Below are positions 28,824 to 39,546 of a stretch of DNA of 64,000 nucleotides, piece after piece. The stretch lies in IMG/VR virus record IMGVR_UViG_3300025882_000423. The stretch is one strand, 5' to 3'. The notes under the pieces are model-generated. The model was not told the DNA's origin. It worked only from the letters and a program-made list of their open reading frames with translations, and made no database searches. The DNA is from an uncultured virus (IMG/VR IMGVR_UViG_3300025882_000423). Taxonomy: Duplodnaviria; Heunggongvirae; Uroviricota; Caudoviricetes. Each line of letters begins with the position of its first letter. Position 1 is the stretch's first letter. Position numbers and translations under genes: made by a program.

Positions 28824-29869
28824 ACGAAGCTTAAGCCTCCGAGCACTAGCACTTCACCTGCTGCAACGCTGATATTAGCCAGCGGTGCATTGCGCACATA
28901 TTGCGTTGTTACTGTTGCGATTGCTGCATCAAGTTCGGCCATTAGCAACACAGATGTTTCTGAAAACTCAGCCAATATGACGTTGTTAATTGCCGTGTTG
29001 ATTGCGGCGCGATTAGGTGCGGTATCTACTGCAGAATCTAGGTCTAATGTGATGTTGACTATTTTTGGCGTAGGTGCGCTGACATAAATATCTGCGGTAG
29101 CTGGCGCAACGCCCGGGCTGGCAAGATAAGCGGTAACAGCATCTAGCACCGCCTGAGTGGGTAATCTATCAACCAAATTGTTGCATATTGGCCTAATGAC
29201 TACGCTGCCAAGGCCAAGTGTATGTGTTTGTACCAAGGCAGCGCTTACGCTTGGGTGTGCTGACTTTGCCCATGCTTTATAGTCATTTATTTTGCCGCTG
29301 CGTGCGCCTTGGCTCACCACAACTTGCCACTCATCCACCACGCGTGCACGCCAAGCGTGTACATCTTCCAAATCTGCGCCGCCTGTTAATCCGCTTGAAG
29401 CTACTGTTGCGTTACTATCTACACCAGCAATTGGGTCAACAAGCGTTAATACTTGATTTGCTGATAAGTTGGTATTTGCACCTGCTGTAGTGCAGGTGAC
29501 CGAGATATTGTTATTGCCAGCTGCTAATGTGCTAGCGACTGAGGTGATGTAATCAAAGCCGTTGTCACCTCTAAAAACCGCACCTGCGAGCACTATAGCG
29601 CCTACGTTGCCCGTGACAATTATTTGACCGCTAGATGGAAAATCAGTGAGACGATTGACGGCATACAAAGCAGCCCAATCATAAAGGCGCTCTAAATCAC
29701 AAGTAAGTGGCGAGCATTGTGCATCTACCCACTCTACATGACCATGTAAGCTATGAATAACTTTAGCCCAAGTGACAGCTAAAGCATCGCGTAGCGCAGT
29801 GACAAAATCGGTTAAGTCAGACTCGATACGTGTTTTTAATTGTGTAAATGTCGGTCTAACGTAACTCAT
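28820..29869 (-). CDS. baseplate J / Mu gp47
   Basis: RPTF..L, GGADLED...RAR, DYKAWA. Confidence 0.9.
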   Translation of the reverse strand: MSYVRPTFTQLKTRIESDLTDFVTALRDALAVTWAKVIHSLHGHVEWVDAQCSPLTCDLERLYDWAALYAVNRLTDFPSSGQIIVTGNVGAIVLAGAVFRGDNGFDYITSVASTLAAGNNNISVTCTTAGANTNLSANQVLTLVDPIAGVDSNATVASSGLTGGADLEDVHAWRARVVDEWQVVVSQGARSGKINDYKAWAKSAHPSVSAALVQTHTLGLGSVVIRPICNNLVDRLPTQAVLDAVTAYLASPGVAPATADIYVSAPTPKIVNITLDLDSAVDTAPNRAAINTAINNVILAEFSETSVLLMAELDAAIATVTTQYVRNAPLANISVAAGEVLVLGGLSFV

Positions 29870-29883
29870 TTTGCTCGCTTTAA

Positions 29884-30381
29884 TTAGTCATCGAACCACC
29901 TGAAGTCCCAAGTGCTATCCCACACGTACATGCCTGTTGCATCAATAGTTGCTTGATCTGGCAAGGTGAAGCGGGATAACTCAAAACGTATGCCATCATA
30001 TAACCCTGCAATGTCGAGTACGACACGCGAAACGTTTCGCAGTCTATCGTCATAGGTTTGTGGTAAGACTTCGATAACATGTACATCTGTGAGTAGTGGA
30101 TCTTGCTCTTCAAGCGCGTGGGCAACCATATTGAGTGTTTCTAGCCGTGCAGCATCGCTTAACGCTTGGCGCCGCACATACCATAGCCCCGTGCCAAGCT
30201 GTGGATCAAACCACCAGCCGCGTTGGTCTAGCTGGTCATCCACTCGGCCTTCAGGCGCGCGTTGATCAGTAAACAATGTGGTGTAGATAATGGTGAGCAG
30301 CCGTACCTTTTTAATATCATCGTCTTTGGTTTCATAAGCCAAATCAAACTGGCCGTCGGCTGTTGCAATGATTTTAAGCAT
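29884..30381 (-). CDS. Mu gp46-like baseplate protein
   Basis: LFTDQRA, RGWW, GTGLW. Confidence 0.85.
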   Translation of the reverse strand: MLKIIATADGQFDLAYETKDDDIKKVRLLTIIYTTLFTDQRAPEGRVDDQLDQRGWWFDPQLGTGLWYVRRQALSDAARLETLNMVAHALEEQDPLLTDVHVIEVLPQTYDDRLRNVSRVVLDIAGLYDGIRFELSRFTLPDQATIDATGMYVWDSTWDFRWFDD

Positions 30382-30383
30382 GA

Positions 30384-30878
30384 TTAAATCTCTGGTGGCT
30401 GGTGGTTATGATGTGGTCGAGGCTGGTCGTTATCTTGCCAAGTTTCAACACCTAAGCCGTCCCATTTTTGGCCTTGGCCGTTTACATCAAATTTATATTC
30501 GCTGTCGGCGTGTAACTTGATTTTATCTGCGCGCACTTCAAATGTTTTGCTGGTTTCTATCAGTATGCGGTCACGCTTGATATGTACTTTTTGACCCTGG
30601 TCGTCATGTAGTGCCACCTCGCCATCTTCTAGTGTTAGCGTGTAGCGTTTGTCGCCTTGCACTAAGCATAATCCATGTGTGCGGTCACCCGATGGAAATA
30701 CAATAAAAGCTTGGCAACCTGACTTAGGATGATAACTGAAGCCGTAAGGCTGAATTCGGTCAATATTGTCTAGCACTTCAGCGTCTAGCGCTTTCACTTG
30801 CACTTTATGCGTAGTAATGATCACGCCAGTGGCTTGCGCAATAACGAGCTGTAATCTATTCCAGATTTGATTGATCAT
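30384..30878 (-). CDS. Mu gp45-like baseplate spike
   Basis: QPYGF, GEVALHDDQG, C-terminal HHNH. Confidence 0.88.
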   Translation of the reverse strand: MINQIWNRLQLVIAQATGVIITTHKVQVKALDAEVLDNIDRIQPYGFSYHPKSGCQAFIVFPSGDRTHGLCLVQGDKRYTLTLEDGEVALHDDQGQKVHIKRDRILIETSKTFEVRADKIKLHADSEYKFDVNGQGQKWDGLGVETWQDNDQPRPHHNHQPPEI

Positions 30879-31917
30879 ACTTCACCACTTTTTTAGCTTT
30901 ACGTTTTGCCGCACTTTTTTTCTTGCTCTGCTCAGCTATACCAACAAATGCGTTGCGATGCATGACGGTCATGTGGGTGAGCGTGCCTTGCTTGTCATCT
31001 TGGCTAAAGTGCAGATCACCGATTAACATCACGCTGTCAATATTTTCGGTTGGTATGACCACGCGCACTTGGGTATTGATCTGCCAAGGCTGCCAGTTGC
31101 CAGCAGTCTCATGGCCCCAGCCGACCAGTGTTAGTTCAATGCGGTGCGCTCTGGCCAACCTGCGGTTACGCTCAAGCTCGGCGCGCCGTTGCAGCGCGCC
31201 AAGTGCGTTACCGTGTCTGTCAGCAACAATATGCATTGGTCTAAAGTAACTTAGGCCCGCATCAATCATCACACCTTTGCGAGAGGTGTTGGCTGCGTAA
31301 TCAAAACTCTTGACGTAATACTCGCTAAAGCGCAAACGGTACTCATCGGTAACCGCATAAGACTTGATATTGTCGCCAAGTACCAGCGTGGCCACTGGGG
31401 CATTGTTATCTGGCTCGGCAATTTTTAAACCACCATCAGGCAATGAGTAAATAAGCACATTACCTGCGCGTGCCGCATTTAAAATCGCATTGGCTGGGCT
31501 TTCAGCCTGCATAGAAAAATCTGGCACCAGCGGCGTAGTTTTAGGCGCATTTAAAGGCACTTTAAATAGCGTACAAATGCGCTTCACAATCTCGCCAAGC
31601 ATCATTTTTTTTAATGTGATGCTGTATTGGCAATCTATCAATTCACGCGCCAGCGATCGTGCGCTAAAACGCACAGTATGTGAATCAGCATCCACATTGC
31701 GAGTGAGTATATCGGCACGCACTGTGCTGATGAGTAAATTGTTTAAGTATATTTGCGCCACAGAGTTGGCATCAAGTTTGATATGGTTATCGTCACCTGT
31801 GGTAGTCAGACCCAAATCAACACTAGTGGCGAGATCATCAATGCTGGTATGAATACTGACTTGCTGCCAGTATGCATATTTAACGCCATTTAAGCGCACC
31901 TCAACAACATTATCCAT
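30856..31917 (-). CDS. Mu gpP-like baseplate hub
   Basis: ELIDC, RFSEYYV, PWQINTQV; position. Confidence 0.85.
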   Translation of the reverse strand: MDNVVEVRLNGVKYAYWQQVSIHTSIDDLATSVDLGLTTTGDDNHIKLDANSVAQIYLNNLLISTVRADILTRNVDADSHTVRFSARSLARELIDCQYSITLKKMMLGEIVKRICTLFKVPLNAPKTTPLVPDFSMQAESPANAILNAARAGNVLIYSLPDGGLKIAEPDNNAPVATLVLGDNIKSYAVTDEYRLRFSEYYVKSFDYAANTSRKGVMIDAGLSYFRPMHIVADRHGNALGALQRRAELERNRRLARAHRIELTLVGWGHETAGNWQPWQINTQVRVVIPTENIDSVMLIGDLHFSQDDKQGTLTHMTVMHRNAFVGIAEQSKKKSAAKRKAKKVVKYDQSNLE

Positions 31918-33076
31918 ATACAGTGCCTTGCACAAACAGCGGATGTGCAACATTGTTTTGTGCGTTAAAACTGGCCTCATCTATGCCCATTTGATAAGCA
32001 AGCACAACAGCAGGCAATGGGTTAACAACGCTGCGTGATGTAGTTGGTGTTAAGTCCTGATCTAGCAACACATCAATTAAAGCTGCTCTAGCATCAATGG
32101 CTTGGTTAAATACATCATCACTCATGCTTGGCAGCTGCGTATCAATCGCCTTAATCACTTTAACCAGCACTAAGTCACGGCTTTGTGCATCAGTGTAATC
32201 TGCAATGGCGAGCTGTGCGGCACCTGCCACAAGTAAGTTAGTGCGCAGCGCAGCATCTGCCTGCGCATTTAATTTAAAATTGGCATTGAGTGCCTCTGGC
32301 GCTGTGCTTTTTTCAATATCTGCTGGGCTAAGCGCTGAGTTAATAATGCGTGTTACCGCATTGGCACGGGTGCTGCTGGTGATGTTGCCGATAAAATCTG
32401 CACCAGTGACCACACTATCCACCGCGCTCAATAATGCATCAGCATACTGTTGCGGCGTTTGCAGCAGCGTTGCAATTTCTGTTTTGACTTCGGTAATGAG
32501 GCCAAGCCCGGCATTGACCCATTGCAGTGGTAATGAAGCCACTGAAATAGCCTTGCGTATATGCTCAATGTGCTGCTGCGCCTCTGCCACATAAGCGGTG
32601 AGCGTGTTGTTATTCATCGGCTGCAAGTCAAAGTCATCAACTATGGCTTGGCTGAGTGCGTTGGTTTTGTCGATTGCCACATCCACTTTATCTACTGCAG
32701 GTACGCTAGGTGCACGGCCGCCTGGTACGAAGGTTATCTTAATTGTACAGAAACCGCCTTGCTCATTGGTTTCTGTGCGTGACCACTCATGCGCACGCAC
32801 CCACACTTGACCTAGCCACGGATGTTGCAACCAAGCTGCACCCGGTATATTTAGCTTGGCATTAAAGCCGTTTGCTTCTAAATCATAGTCTGGCCCTATA
32901 AAATAAGCGCTAATGCTGTAGTCATTCGACTTGTTGCCGAAGTCTTCTATTTCAGGATCGTCGCGTTTTGGATATTCATGCACCACAAGGCGGTGACCAT
33001 AGCGCGTATCATGGTCGTCGGTGAGGAATTCAAAGCCGCGAAATGAAGCTTTTTTTAAACGATCTTGCCAAGCCAT
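31910..33076 (-). CDS. Mu gpN-like DNA circularisation protein
   Basis: WQDRLKKASFRG, HEYP, LQHPWLG, HPLFV. Confidence 0.9.
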   Translation of the reverse strand: MAWQDRLKKASFRGFEFLTDDHDTRYGHRLVVHEYPKRDDPEIEDFGNKSNDYSISAYFIGPDYDLEANGFNAKLNIPGAAWLQHPWLGQVWVRAHEWSRTETNEQGGFCTIKITFVPGGRAPSVPAVDKVDVAIDKTNALSQAIVDDFDLQPMNNNTLTAYVAEAQQHIEHIRKAISVASLPLQWVNAGLGLITEVKTEIATLLQTPQQYADALLSAVDSVVTGADFIGNITSSTRANAVTRIINSALSPADIEKSTAPEALNANFKLNAQADAALRTNLLVAGAAQLAIADYTDAQSRDLVLVKVIKAIDTQLPSMSDDVFNQAIDARAALIDVLLDQDLTPTTSRSVVNPLPAVVLAYQMGIDEASFNAQNNVAHPLFVQGTVYG

Positions 33077-35040
33077 TATGGAATACCCCACACACTGCCT
33101 GTTTGTACCCAATTTTTAACTGGGCCTGCAGTATTGGTTGTTTGTGATGTGGCTTTAAGGCCATCTGCCAGTTGCACTTTTACAGTAGTTTCGACTTTAG
33201 CTGGCTCAGTTTTAAACGTTTGCATAACCGCATTTCGAGCCTCTTCGCTAAACGGTAACATGAGTGAAGCTGCTGCAAACCCTATACCATTGCCAATGCC
33301 TAAGCCTGTTTTTTTATCAAAAGCCTCAATAGCAGGGTTAATTACTTTATCACCGAATTGAAACCCAGCAAATGCAGCGGCGGCAAGCGGTACTACCCTT
33401 GCAAGGCCTGATAAGCTGCCAGTGATTGTAGAAGCAACCCCAGCTAATCCGCTTGCACCACTGGTGCCAAGTGCAAGGCTTGCCAACCCTGATGCTGTAG
33501 CAACAGCCGTTAATCCAGCGGTGGCCAATGTGCCTGCGCCAAGTAAAAATGGGTGTTTTGTAGCTAACTCTTCAAAGTTATCAGCTACTTTGCCAATCGT
33601 TGGTGTTAACTCATCCATCGCGGTTTTTTGCGCTGCCGCTGCTGCTTGCTCTGCCGCGCGCACCTTTACGCTGGGAATTGTTTGCATAAACGCATAGTTG
33701 CTATCATTAGCGCCAAATTCAGTACGGTTTTTACTTACCTCTGTATTTACTCGATCTACAACAGATTTGTTGCGCATGCCCATCAATGCGCCTACTGCCT
33801 GCATGTCTTGAAAATATTTACCGATGGTTGTGCCTTCCGACAGTGCAGTAATAGATTTTAAAATCTCTTCTTGCTGCGTTCTATCTTTTGTTGATTGCAG
33901 CTTGGTAATCGCGGCTTTCAGTTGAGGGTTCTTGGCAGCTTCTTTATCAATTAAGCCCATCCACGCATCAACAGCATCTACGCCTTGCATGCGTTTTTTC
34001 ATTAAGAAGCCAGTTAAGTCTGTGCCAGTTTGTTTTTCAAAATCCTTAGCAGTGTCAGAGCTAGATAACTTGGCCAGCAAGTTACGCACATTGTTACCAG
34101 CTTCGTCAGTAGTGCCGCTAGTCAGAATAGCGGCTTGGTTCATGGTGAGCACTTTTTGCAAGCCATTCAAGCCTAGCATGCCAGATTTACCTGCTAGCGG
34201 TAATTGCTGTGCTAACCATTTAGCCTGGTCTTTAATTTCAAAACCACCCGCTTGGCCAGAGGCTGTGACCATATTAAGCGCGGTTTTAAGCTCGCGGTCA
34301 TTAGACACAATGCCTTGACCAACTAACACGCTAGACAAGTTTGCAATATCTAATGCGTTAGCGTTAGCACCGGTGGCGGTGCGCATGACTGTAGGTAAAA
34401 ACTTGATTGACCTATCATAGCCAAGCGTGCCTTTAGCAATTAAAGCGTCTAGCGCTTCAGCGGCTTGATCGCGCGTGCCACCTCCTACACCTGATTGAAC
34501 AGACCTATTAATAATGGCCTCTAGTTCTTTCATGCCACGTTGTTTGCCAGCCAAATCTCGTCCAGAAAAGGCCGTGTTTGCCATACCAGCCAAACGCTCA
34601 TCAAAGCTCATGGCTTGATCAGCAGCACGCTTGATGACATAGCCACCTGCGGCAATCCCAGCTGTTGCAGTCATTAGACGATTTAACCCGCTATAGCCAT
34701 CTTTTGCACCTTTAAGCTCATTTCTCAGCTCACGCAGTTTTTTAATCTCAGCGTCTTTTGCCCGTGCTAATTCGCGGCTACTTGCTAGCCCAGCCCGCGC
34801 TAATCTGTTATAAGCGGCCTCTGTTTGCTGCATTTCACGGCGCACCGCGTGCTCGCTGCGAATGCCAAGCTGCTCACGCGCCTGCGACATTTTTGCAAAA
34901 GCTTGTGTGCTTTTGGTTGCAAACTGCTCGTTATTGCGCAGCGCGTTTTTGCTTAGTCTATCCAGATTTTGCTGGACGGACTTAAGCCCGCCACTGGCGA
35001 GGTCTTTAAGGGTTAAGCGTAGTTCGACGGTGGTTGACAT
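33076..35040 (-). CDS. tail tape measure protein
   Basis: LKDLASG N-terminus, Ala/Gly-rich helical sequence, GGFEIKD; precedes gpN. Confidence 0.88.
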   Translation of the reverse strand: MSTTVELRLTLKDLASGGLKSVQQNLDRLSKNALRNNEQFATKSTQAFAKMSQAREQLGIRSEHAVRREMQQTEAAYNRLARAGLASSRELARAKDAEIKKLRELRNELKGAKDGYSGLNRLMTATAGIAAGGYVIKRAADQAMSFDERLAGMANTAFSGRDLAGKQRGMKELEAIINRSVQSGVGGGTRDQAAEALDALIAKGTLGYDRSIKFLPTVMRTATGANANALDIANLSSVLVGQGIVSNDRELKTALNMVTASGQAGGFEIKDQAKWLAQQLPLAGKSGMLGLNGLQKVLTMNQAAILTSGTTDEAGNNVRNLLAKLSSSDTAKDFEKQTGTDLTGFLMKKRMQGVDAVDAWMGLIDKEAAKNPQLKAAITKLQSTKDRTQQEEILKSITALSEGTTIGKYFQDMQAVGALMGMRNKSVVDRVNTEVSKNRTEFGANDSNYAFMQTIPSVKVRAAEQAAAAAQKTAMDELTPTIGKVADNFEELATKHPFLLGAGTLATAGLTAVATASGLASLALGTSGASGLAGVASTITGSLSGLARVVPLAAAAFAGFQFGDKVINPAIEAFDKKTGLGIGNGIGFAAASLMLPFSEEARNAVMQTFKTEPAKVETTVKVQLADGLKATSQTTNTAGPVKNWVQTGSVWGIP

Positions 35041-35043
35041 GGG

Positions 35044-37200
35044 TTACCACTTGCTACCAATTTCAGTGCCCTTTATATAGTAAGTGCCTGCATATTGAGA
35101 GTTAGTGCCGATGTCAGGCACCACAATAAACAAGCCTGCGAATTTACGTTTTGTCTTGCCTGCTTGCGGTATGTCGCGCACATTTTGGTCATAAATTTCG
35201 CCGATTGTTAAAGGCACATTAAAAAATGTATTGTAAACACGCTCAATAATCTCAGGATATGGACACCAGTCGGTATGGAATTGGCTATAAGCGCAGTTAG
35301 TAGCGAGCGGCGTTGTATATGTAGAGCCAACTATATACACTTCATTGCCCGCAACTTGTCTAACAAAAAATGCTTTTTTCTGTCCTGCGGTTAATCCTAA
35401 ATCAGCCCATCCACCCGCTGGTGCAGTAATTACCACGCGCTTCTCTGGCAGGTTTGTAGAAAATGGAATATGTGGCGCAGTGCTTAAAGTGAATTTTACT
35501 TCGCCAGTTGTATGCGCCCCAACACCTGCGGCTGATATTGTGCCTGTTGTAGCATTCCCGCCTGCGTTGTCGTTCGCATAAAAATGTACGCGACCATAAC
35601 CGCCTGCGCCATCATGAGTGTTTAAAATCGCAGGTATTAAGTACCTAGTTACATCCCAGAATGATTTTTCGCTTGTAGAAGCGCCATGTGTCCAGTTGTT
35701 TTGTTGTAAAGCGTATGAGTTTATATCATCAGCCGCACCTATTAAGCTATGCTCACCAATCATCACTTTTGGTGGGTGCGTGCGACCATACCATGCACTT
35801 GTTGTGATGTATTTCGTCATTGCAAGTATCGTATCTTTAATGACCCTCATACTGCCTTTTTCAACTACGCCAGCGTACCCGTTTGTCTCGCACAATTCTT
35901 TATGCAATGCGAACGTGCCATTGTTGAAAGTGTAGTTATTGTAACCAAAGCCACCTAAATACTCACATGCTTGTTTTCCCGTGCCACCATCACCTTCTAC
36001 CGAGATTGTGCTTGCCGCGCTTGCCAATAAAAAGCCTGTGAGAGTTCTACGCCCTTGGTCACTAGTGTCAGATGTCACTGTGGTGAGTGGGCAGTATTTT
36101 TTAAATATTTTATTCACGTATCTTGCAACACGCGCAAACTCATTTTGACCGTTCGTTAATTGAGCACCAGCGGTTAAGCTGTCAGATAAAGCTTCATTGC
36201 TGATTTCAACATTATCTAAGGCAGGGTGGCCTTCTAAAATTCGGTTTAATGCACTGGCTACTAACACTTGACCGTCTGTAAACGTACCTGAGCCACCAAT
36301 TGCGGTTACGTTTAAAGTGCCAACACCAGTAACATTGTCATAAGCCGTTACATTACCAAATACAAAGTTTGCAGGGTTGGTAATACTACGGATTCTTAAA
36401 TAATTGTTAGTAGTGTATAAACGGTGCGTTTTTGTGGTTGTAAATGACTTTGCACCTAAGCTAACAGAGATTGATGTCGTTGTGTTTTCGCCATCAAATA
36501 ATTTATATAAGTAATCTACTATTGCCTGTTCATGTGCCGTTGTGTAGCGTGTTTCAACACCAATTTCTATACGCCAATTAGCATTGGCGGATGTACCAAC
36601 GTTCGTAGTCATGTTGGCAACAAGTTCACCTGTCGCGTCATTGTAGGAGGTAACTGTGCCTCGCATATTCAATCCTCCAGAGTCTCCTTGCTTGTAAGCG
36701 TAAACAGCTAACCCTGGTGTAATAGTTTTACCTGTAGGTATAGTAAAGGTCTTAGACCCTGTTCCCCCTGCAGTACTGGTTGTAGATTTATAATTACTCT
36801 TAATTAGAGAATTGGTAATGTCTTTTGCGCTGAAAAGTTGCAGAACCCAAGTAACAACGCTATCTTTTGCGTACCAAAAATCCATAGTGCGCAACCAATT
36901 GTGTAGAGCCTGAACCCCTATAGCCGCGCCACCTTGCGCATAGAAGTCGTATAACTGACTTACACCTGGCCTATGATTTCTAAACGAACCTAACCATAAA
37001 GAAGTATCTAATAATTCTTTACCCGCATCGTTTGATGGAGTTGTGTCATAAGTAAGTTGCGCCTCCACATCATTAAATTGACTATCTCCAAGGTGGTTAA
37101 TAGGCCATCCTATGTAACTACCACCTAAATTAGCGCGCGTTAATACAATGTTTTTATGTGTAACGATTGCATTTTTTGGTAATGTTCTGTAGTTTGCCAT
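35044..37200 (-). CDS. 718-aa virion-associated protein; possible glycoside-hydrolase-like spike
   Basis: Two ~70-aa beta-rich repeats; VEISNEAL and MIGEH resemble clan GH-A catalytic motifs (inference). Confidence 0.5.
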   Translation of the reverse strand: MANYRTLPKNAIVTHKNIVLTRANLGGSYIGWPINHLGDSQFNDVEAQLTYDTTPSNDAGKELLDTSLWLGSFRNHRPGVSQLYDFYAQGGAAIGVQALHNWLRTMDFWYAKDSVVTWVLQLFSAKDITNSLIKSNYKSTTSTAGGTGSKTFTIPTGKTITPGLAVYAYKQGDSGGLNMRGTVTSYNDATGELVANMTTNVGTSANANWRIEIGVETRYTTAHEQAIVDYLYKLFDGENTTTSISVSLGAKSFTTTKTHRLYTTNNYLRIRSITNPANFVFGNVTAYDNVTGVGTLNVTAIGGSGTFTDGQVLVASALNRILEGHPALDNVEISNEALSDSLTAGAQLTNGQNEFARVARYVNKIFKKYCPLTTVTSDTSDQGRRTLTGFLLASAASTISVEGDGGTGKQACEYLGGFGYNNYTFNNGTFALHKELCETNGYAGVVEKGSMRVIKDTILAMTKYITTSAWYGRTHPPKVMIGEHSLIGAADDINSYALQQNNWTHGASTSEKSFWDVTRYLIPAILNTHDGAGGYGRVHFYANDNAGGNATTGTISAAGVGAHTTGEVKFTLSTAPHIPFSTNLPEKRVVITAPAGGWADLGLTAGQKKAFFVRQVAGNEVYIVGSTYTTPLATNCAYSQFHTDWCPYPEIIERVYNTFFNVPLTIGEIYDQNVRDIPQAGKTKRKFAGLFIVVPDIGTNSQYAGTYYIKGTEIGSKW

Positions 37201-37202
37201 AA

Positions 37203-39002
37203 TTAAGCCGCCCTTCCGTTAGTAATGTTTATAATGCGCTGTGTGGTATTATTGTCGCCTAAATAAACTTGTCCTACTGGGCTTGTAGCATCTGTGATGA
37301 AGGTAGGCGCACCTGCCTCCACAGATACGTTAGCAATCAAACCACTTAAGTCATAAAGTTGATAAGGTACACCAAATATTTTAGGGTGCGCTCCCTTTGT
37401 GATAGCATCTAATTCAGCTATTGATAATCTATCTTCAATAATCATCACCCGCGCTACATCCATCACGGCCGCTGACCCTGTGCCGGGTCTAATAATGAAC
37501 TGTAGATTCTGATAATTAGTTTCAGTCAAGCCACCACTAGTCATTGTCGTGCTTGCTACGGTAGGTACAGAGCCGCCAAGCCCTCTGCGCACCGTATAAT
37601 CACCGACCCCACCAGGCGTGCCGCCTGTTTGCGCGAAAATGTAATGGTCACTACCAGAGCTAACAACTGCCCCAATCTCAATTGTTCCACTCACCATAGA
37701 GGTTACATTTAGAGTGCCATTAGAGCCTCCTACAATACTGCCAATAAACTCAGCCGTTCCTGCATAGGTGTGGTTTGTGTGTTGGGCTCTAATGTTAGTT
37801 GGGCTGAATTTGTGTATAGCTTTACCAACAAGCAGTTTGTTGGCATACGTCAAACTACTACCACTGGCGACAATGTTGTCACCAACGAGCTGGGTGTCTT
37901 GAGTGCTGCCACCTACAATAAATGACCAAAACCAATCACTATCTTGCTTTACAGCCGTAGCCCCAAACAGTTCAGCCGAAGTGACATAACCGCTATCTGC
38001 CCCCGCTGAATAACAAAACCCTCGTGTGTTATTATTGGTCTCAAATTCAACGCCAATTCTCGAGGCTTTATTACCATCACCAATAGATGCCCCTGCAATG
38101 CCTAAACTGTAAAGAGGCTGGCCGCTACCGCCATTTTGAGCGGAACTTAATAACAAATGCCTGCCGTTGTAGCCTGTAATTGCTGAGTTAGGCAGCCGCG
38201 CTAAAACGCCAATGGTATGTCGTCTAGGCAAGGTAATTGGCGTTGCCGCACCTATGCGCAAAGCATTGGCGTTACCATTCAATCTGGCAAAGCCTAGCCT
38301 GCCATCCGCGTAAATATCGCTTTTTGCAGAGCCAACTTTTTGCGCTACAGTTTTAACATAGTTAGGTGTAGTTGCCGCAATGATGTAAGCCGAACCCTCC
38401 GCGCCATCATTAATAGATACAGTTTCAGTCGTTGTCGAGGTGACAATTGCAGGCGTAGACCAACTATTTAGAGATTGTGAGTCGCCAATTCCACCTTGCG
38501 CGGCTGGCGCTTTAACAGTACCAACAAGTTTAATAAAATCCGTGCCATCGCAGTAATACTGCATGAACATTTTAGAGCCGAGTGCAGCACCTGTAATTGT
38601 TTCGCCATGCAAGGTCACTGAGTACCCACCGCTACCGCCTTGCACGAACTGGTACAAGTAGTAAGTGTCTGCCACTGGAGTCGCGGGATTGCCTATGATT
38701 GTAGTATTGGCTGATAAAGTAATAGTTGGCAAAGTAACAAAGTTGCCACTAGTCTGTTGCAGATTCTCAAGCTTGGTTTTTTCTTCGTTTGTGTAGTCGT
38801 TGCTCGATAAACCCTTGCCGCCCACTGCATTTTGTTTTTGTGCCAAAGCCGTGGCTTGTGATGCAATCGTTTGTTGCGCAGAAGATAAGCTGCTTTCTAA
38901 CGCAGTAATTTCAGTTTTTGCAGTGGCGAGCGCCTCGCGCAGCTTAGTAACTGGTATTTTGCCGTTGCTGGCGGGGGTGAGTGCTGCGTCGATATTGCTC
39001 AT
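37203..39002 (-). CDS. 599-aa fibre/adhesin-like protein
   Basis: N-terminal coiled coil, KGLSSNDYT.EEK.KL fibre motif, Gly/Ser/Thr-rich beta region. Confidence 0.6.
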   Translation of the reverse strand: MSNIDAALTPASNGKIPVTKLREALATAKTEITALESSLSSAQQTIASQATALAQKQNAVGGKGLSSNDYTNEEKTKLENLQQTSGNFVTLPTITLSANTTIIGNPATPVADTYYLYQFVQGGSGGYSVTLHGETITGAALGSKMFMQYYCDGTDFIKLVGTVKAPAAQGGIGDSQSLNSWSTPAIVTSTTTETVSINDGAEGSAYIIAATTPNYVKTVAQKVGSAKSDIYADGRLGFARLNGNANALRIGAATPITLPRRHTIGVLARLPNSAITGYNGRHLLLSSAQNGGSGQPLYSLGIAGASIGDGNKASRIGVEFETNNNTRGFCYSAGADSGYVTSAELFGATAVKQDSDWFWSFIVGGSTQDTQLVGDNIVASGSSLTYANKLLVGKAIHKFSPTNIRAQHTNHTYAGTAEFIGSIVGGSNGTLNVTSMVSGTIEIGAVVSSGSDHYIFAQTGGTPGGVGDYTVRRGLGGSVPTVASTTMTSGGLTETNYQNLQFIIRPGTGSAAVMDVARVMIIEDRLSIAELDAITKGAHPKIFGVPYQLYDLSGLIANVSVEAGAPTFITDATSPVGQVYLGDNNTTQRIINITNGRAA

Positions 39003-39028
39003 TGGGCTCTCCTGTTAATCTACAAGAG

Positions 39029-39078
39029 AGCTTACGCCCGCGCGGGGTTTGTAATGAGGTGCGAAACGTTTCGCGGTG
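39029..39078 (-). promoter_or_regulatory. late promoter with activator dyad
   Basis: CACCGCGAAACGTTTCGC-N26-TAAGCT. Confidence 0.75.
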
Positions 39079-39091
39079 GGTGGTGCTGAGA

Positions 39092-39528
39092 TTAGACGAA
39101 TGTTTTACCTTCATGCCAAGCTGCTTCTTTTGCCCAAATAAACAGCTCAGGTAGTGGCATTTTTTTAACTTGATTTAAGTCTTGATGTAGCCCTCTGGCA
39201 ACAAGGGCAACGGCAATCAAGACTCTTGATCTTTTTTTGCTGCGATAGCTAATGCCTCGTCTGGGTCTTTTATACCTTCTGTGCCAAGTTCATTTTTAAT
39301 CATTTTCATGGCGATTTCATCTGCAGCATAATAATCGCTTACATGCAGCTTTTTGATGATAGCTTCATCTGTACCAGTTAAGCTAGCAATAAGTGCAATG
39401 GTTTGGGCATGCATGCCACGTAAATCAAACGATATTAAATCTTCTGCGGTAGCGTGGTCTTTAAAAGTGAGTTTTGAGATCTCAGTTTTTTCAAGTTTGA
39501 TTGGTTTTTTGAGGTTGAGGGTTTTCAT
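39092..39528 (-). CDS. tail assembly chaperone (39217-39528) with predicted -1 frameshift extension to 39092
   Basis: Slippery A-AAA-AAA at 39232-39238; the -1 frame reads RSRVLIAVALVARGLHQDLNQVKKMPLPELFIWAKEAAWHEGKTFV. Confidence 0.8.
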
Positions 39529-39546
39529 GGTTAATCTTCCTTTTGT

